A stretch of DNA of 19,724 nt from Candidatus Bathyarchaeia archaeon. Its GTDB lineage: Archaea > Thermoproteota > Bathyarchaeia > Bathyarchaeales > Bathycorpusculaceae. The stretch's first letter is position 1; each line of letters starts with the position of its first letter. Below, piece by piece: positions 18,046-19,724 of the stretch. A program made the translations under genes and the position numbers. A model generated the notes under the pieces. That model ran no database searches and was not told where the DNA came from. It saw only the letters and a program-made list of their open reading frames with translations. The DNA lies in NCBI GenBank assembly GCA_038883795.1, contig JAVZLK010000029.1, forward strand, positions 1 through 19,724, in the 5' to 3' direction.

Positions 18046-18258
18046 AACATCTTCCTCCTAGCATTCTTTAGATCATAAAAATGAACTATATAAAATAGAC
18101 TTTTAAAGATTACTAAGCGGCTATATATCTAAAAATTAAAAAATAACCATCTAAAATTAGGAATATACGTTTTGAAGAGCAAAGTAAAAGATAACTGCCG
18201 CCCGGGTTTGCTTTTAGCATCGTAAACGCGTTGTCGAATAAGCAAAACCCAAACCTGC

Positions 18259-18786
18259 CTACCCAACACCAACACAGTTAAACTTTCGTCCTATACCTCG
18301 CGCGCGGTATTTCTCATGCTTTTTGAGGTCTTGTAGTTTCTTCTGATTCTCTCCACGACTAGCCAAAAAAGAAGGTTCTGAAAGCTTAGGAGGCAAGGGA
18401 AGCAATTTTGACCATAAAATGGCGCGGGGTGCGGGATTTGAACCCGCGCGGCCCAAACGGACCACAGGCTTAGCAGGCCTGCCCCCTACCAGGCTAGGGC
18501 AACCCCGCACCTCTGTTTTGTCTTTGGAGCTTTTATCTGTCTGTTTTAGGTCTATGCATGTTCTGTGTATTTTGGTTTTTGGTCTATGTATTAGGTCTTG
18601 TAGTGTCAATCCAACCATTTTAAGTTGTTCTTCCAGATAGTCTTTGCTGATTACATGGTATTGGAATTTTGGTTTGTGTGTCTCTGGATCAATGCCTAGG
18701 TAGTGCCTAACCCTACAATAGTTCTTGGTCAATATCTGTAGAAGACCTAGGTTTCCACAGACTTGACATTTAACCTTCATTTTCAT
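18259..18786 (-). CDS. CxxC protein reading in sense through tRNA-Ser; putative N-terminal fragment, int(N), of a split archaeal integrase
   Basis: The first ~92 codons are protein-like (CQVCGNLGLLQ...YCRVRHY...KPKFQYH), with a purine-rich leader and TTATATA ~50 nt upstream. The frame then enters the tRNA (VRGCPSLVGGRPAKP...). The part beyond the tRNA is probably chance read-through. Confidence 0.6.
   Translation of the reverse strand: MKMKVKCQVCGNLGLLQILTKNYCRVRHYLGIDPETHKPKFQYHVISKDYLEEQLKMVGLTLQDLIHRPKTKIHRTCIDLKQTDKSSKDKTEVRGCPSLVGGRPAKPVVRLGRAGSNPAPRAILWSKLLPLPPKLSEPSFLASRGENQKKLQDLKKHEKYRARGIGRKFNCVGVG
18420..18508 (-). tRNA. tRNA-Ser(GCT), intronless, CCA encoded
   Basis: Sequence GCGGGGTTGCCCTAGCCTGGTAGGGGGCAGGCCTGCTAAGCCTGTGGTCCGTTTGGGCCGCGCGGGTTCAAATCCCGCACCCCGCGCCA. 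Acceptor stem GCGGGGT/ACCCCGC, anticodon arm CAGGC-CTGCTAA-GCCTG, long variable arm, T arm GCGGG-TTCAAAT-CCCGC and G73 discriminator. Confidence 0.97.
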
Positions 18787-19724
18787 TCCTTCCTATTTCC
18801 TATTCATTTTCATTATATTGTTCAAAATAACTGGATATATAAGTATATCTACTCTAGAATTGTCTATTTGTATAGAGATTAGATTAGATAAAGATACAAA
18901 TGGTTCAAAGACTTTCATCCTAGAAAGACAAATGTTTCAATGTCTCAAATTAAGATCATTATTGTCTAGAATACTTTTGGAATACTTTAAAACAATATTG
19001 GGTTGTCTAAATACTTCAATCCTAGTCTATATTAGGAAATTTACATGTCTGAAATGTCTAAAATAGAACTTATTGTATCCAAGTCACCCTAGCATAAAGT
19101 CCTAAAATATGTGCTATAGACAAAGACAAAAACCAGAGTATATAGGGTTTTTTGAAGTTTGTTTTTGTGCTTCTATTCTAGGTTCTTTCATGGATTTTGT
19201 TCTTGTTATTATGGTAGGTCTTGTTTTTGTTCTTTACTCTAGGTTAAATCAAGACTAGAATCCATGGATTTTGTCTTGAATAGGTAAGACTTGACTTCAT
19301 TCTTTTCTAAAACTATACTTCTTTCCTATACTAATATATTGATTCTACTACATTCCTTTATAGAATCCTTGTTTTGGTCTATCATTGAAGGCTTAACCAC
19401 TATGGAAAAATGCCTTAGACCATTAGAACTTTATCCATATAAGCTAGTGACCTATCTACATTTATGGTCTAATCTTGTTCTAATTCTACACCTTATTCTA
19501 GATAGAAAGGAAACAAAAGTAAAAGAAGAGAAAAAAGAAAAGGAGGGTCTAACTAAATCTTATAATGTCTAAAAACTATGTTTTTATAGTGCTATCTATT
19601 TGGCTATGCAGTATCTATCTACTAAAACTATGTCTTATGTTCTCTAATTATGTCTATTGTATTAGGTTGTTTTGAACTATGTCTTTTGAGTGTTTGTCTT
19701 GTCTCTAATCTGTTCTTGTCTAAT
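18509..19724. mobile_element. Edge of a putative integrated element abutting the 5' end of tRNA-Ser
   Basis: Abrupt compositional change exactly at the tRNA boundary (AT-rich, no CG dinucleotide), plus the int(N)-like ORF entering the tRNA. The second att site and int(C) are not in the window. Confidence 0.6.

Noticed and set aside
1877-18420. Idea that the catabolic cluster is an island integrated at the tRNA 3' end
   Set aside because: I found no duplicate of the tRNA 3' end and no integrase on that side within the window; the sharp compositional break is on the 5' side.
18419-18640. 73-aa ORF MARGAGFEPARP...
   Set aside because: Typical antisense translation of a tRNA gene (GFEP from the T arm).
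18818-19572. ORFs 18818..19066 and 19291..19572
   Set aside because: TTG starts and Leu/Ile/Ser-rich composition expected from AT-rich non-coding DNA; no motifs.
18790-19724. CRISPR array
   Set aside because: No 24-47 nt repeats with regular spacers.

Overview
Archaeal genomic DNA: BRE/TATA-type promoters, oligo-T terminators, an archaeal-style tRNA-Ser and a class III-like signal peptide. The gene style suggests Bathyarchaeia, but that is inference. The window has three zones. (1) 1-~3070: a decaying corrinoid/methyltransferase locus, with the start of a RACo-like activator, a frameshifted corrinoid protein fused by deletion to a broken URO-D/MtaA-family gene, and a 48-aa Cys/His microprotein. 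(2) 3073-18045: an intact 13-gene catabolic cluster in alternating orientations. It holds E2, a fused E1 alpha-beta 2-oxoacid/acetoin dehydrogenase (no E3 in the window), a LIV-type ABC transporter with a divergently transcribed binding protein, an SDR, a DUF6282-like metallohydrolase, an acyl-CoA dehydrogenase, a DUF35/thiolase-like pair and a two-subunit CoA-transferase. Several of these enzymes have non-canonical catalytic motifs and the substrate is unknown. (3) 18420-19724: tRNA-Ser(GCT) is read through in sense by a CxxC ORF resembling the N-terminal half of a split archaeal integrase. Directly upstream of the tRNA lies ~1.2 kb of AT-rich DNA with no CG dinucleotide, most likely the edge of a mobile element integrated at the tRNA 5' half. 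All family assignments come from motif recognition, not database searches.
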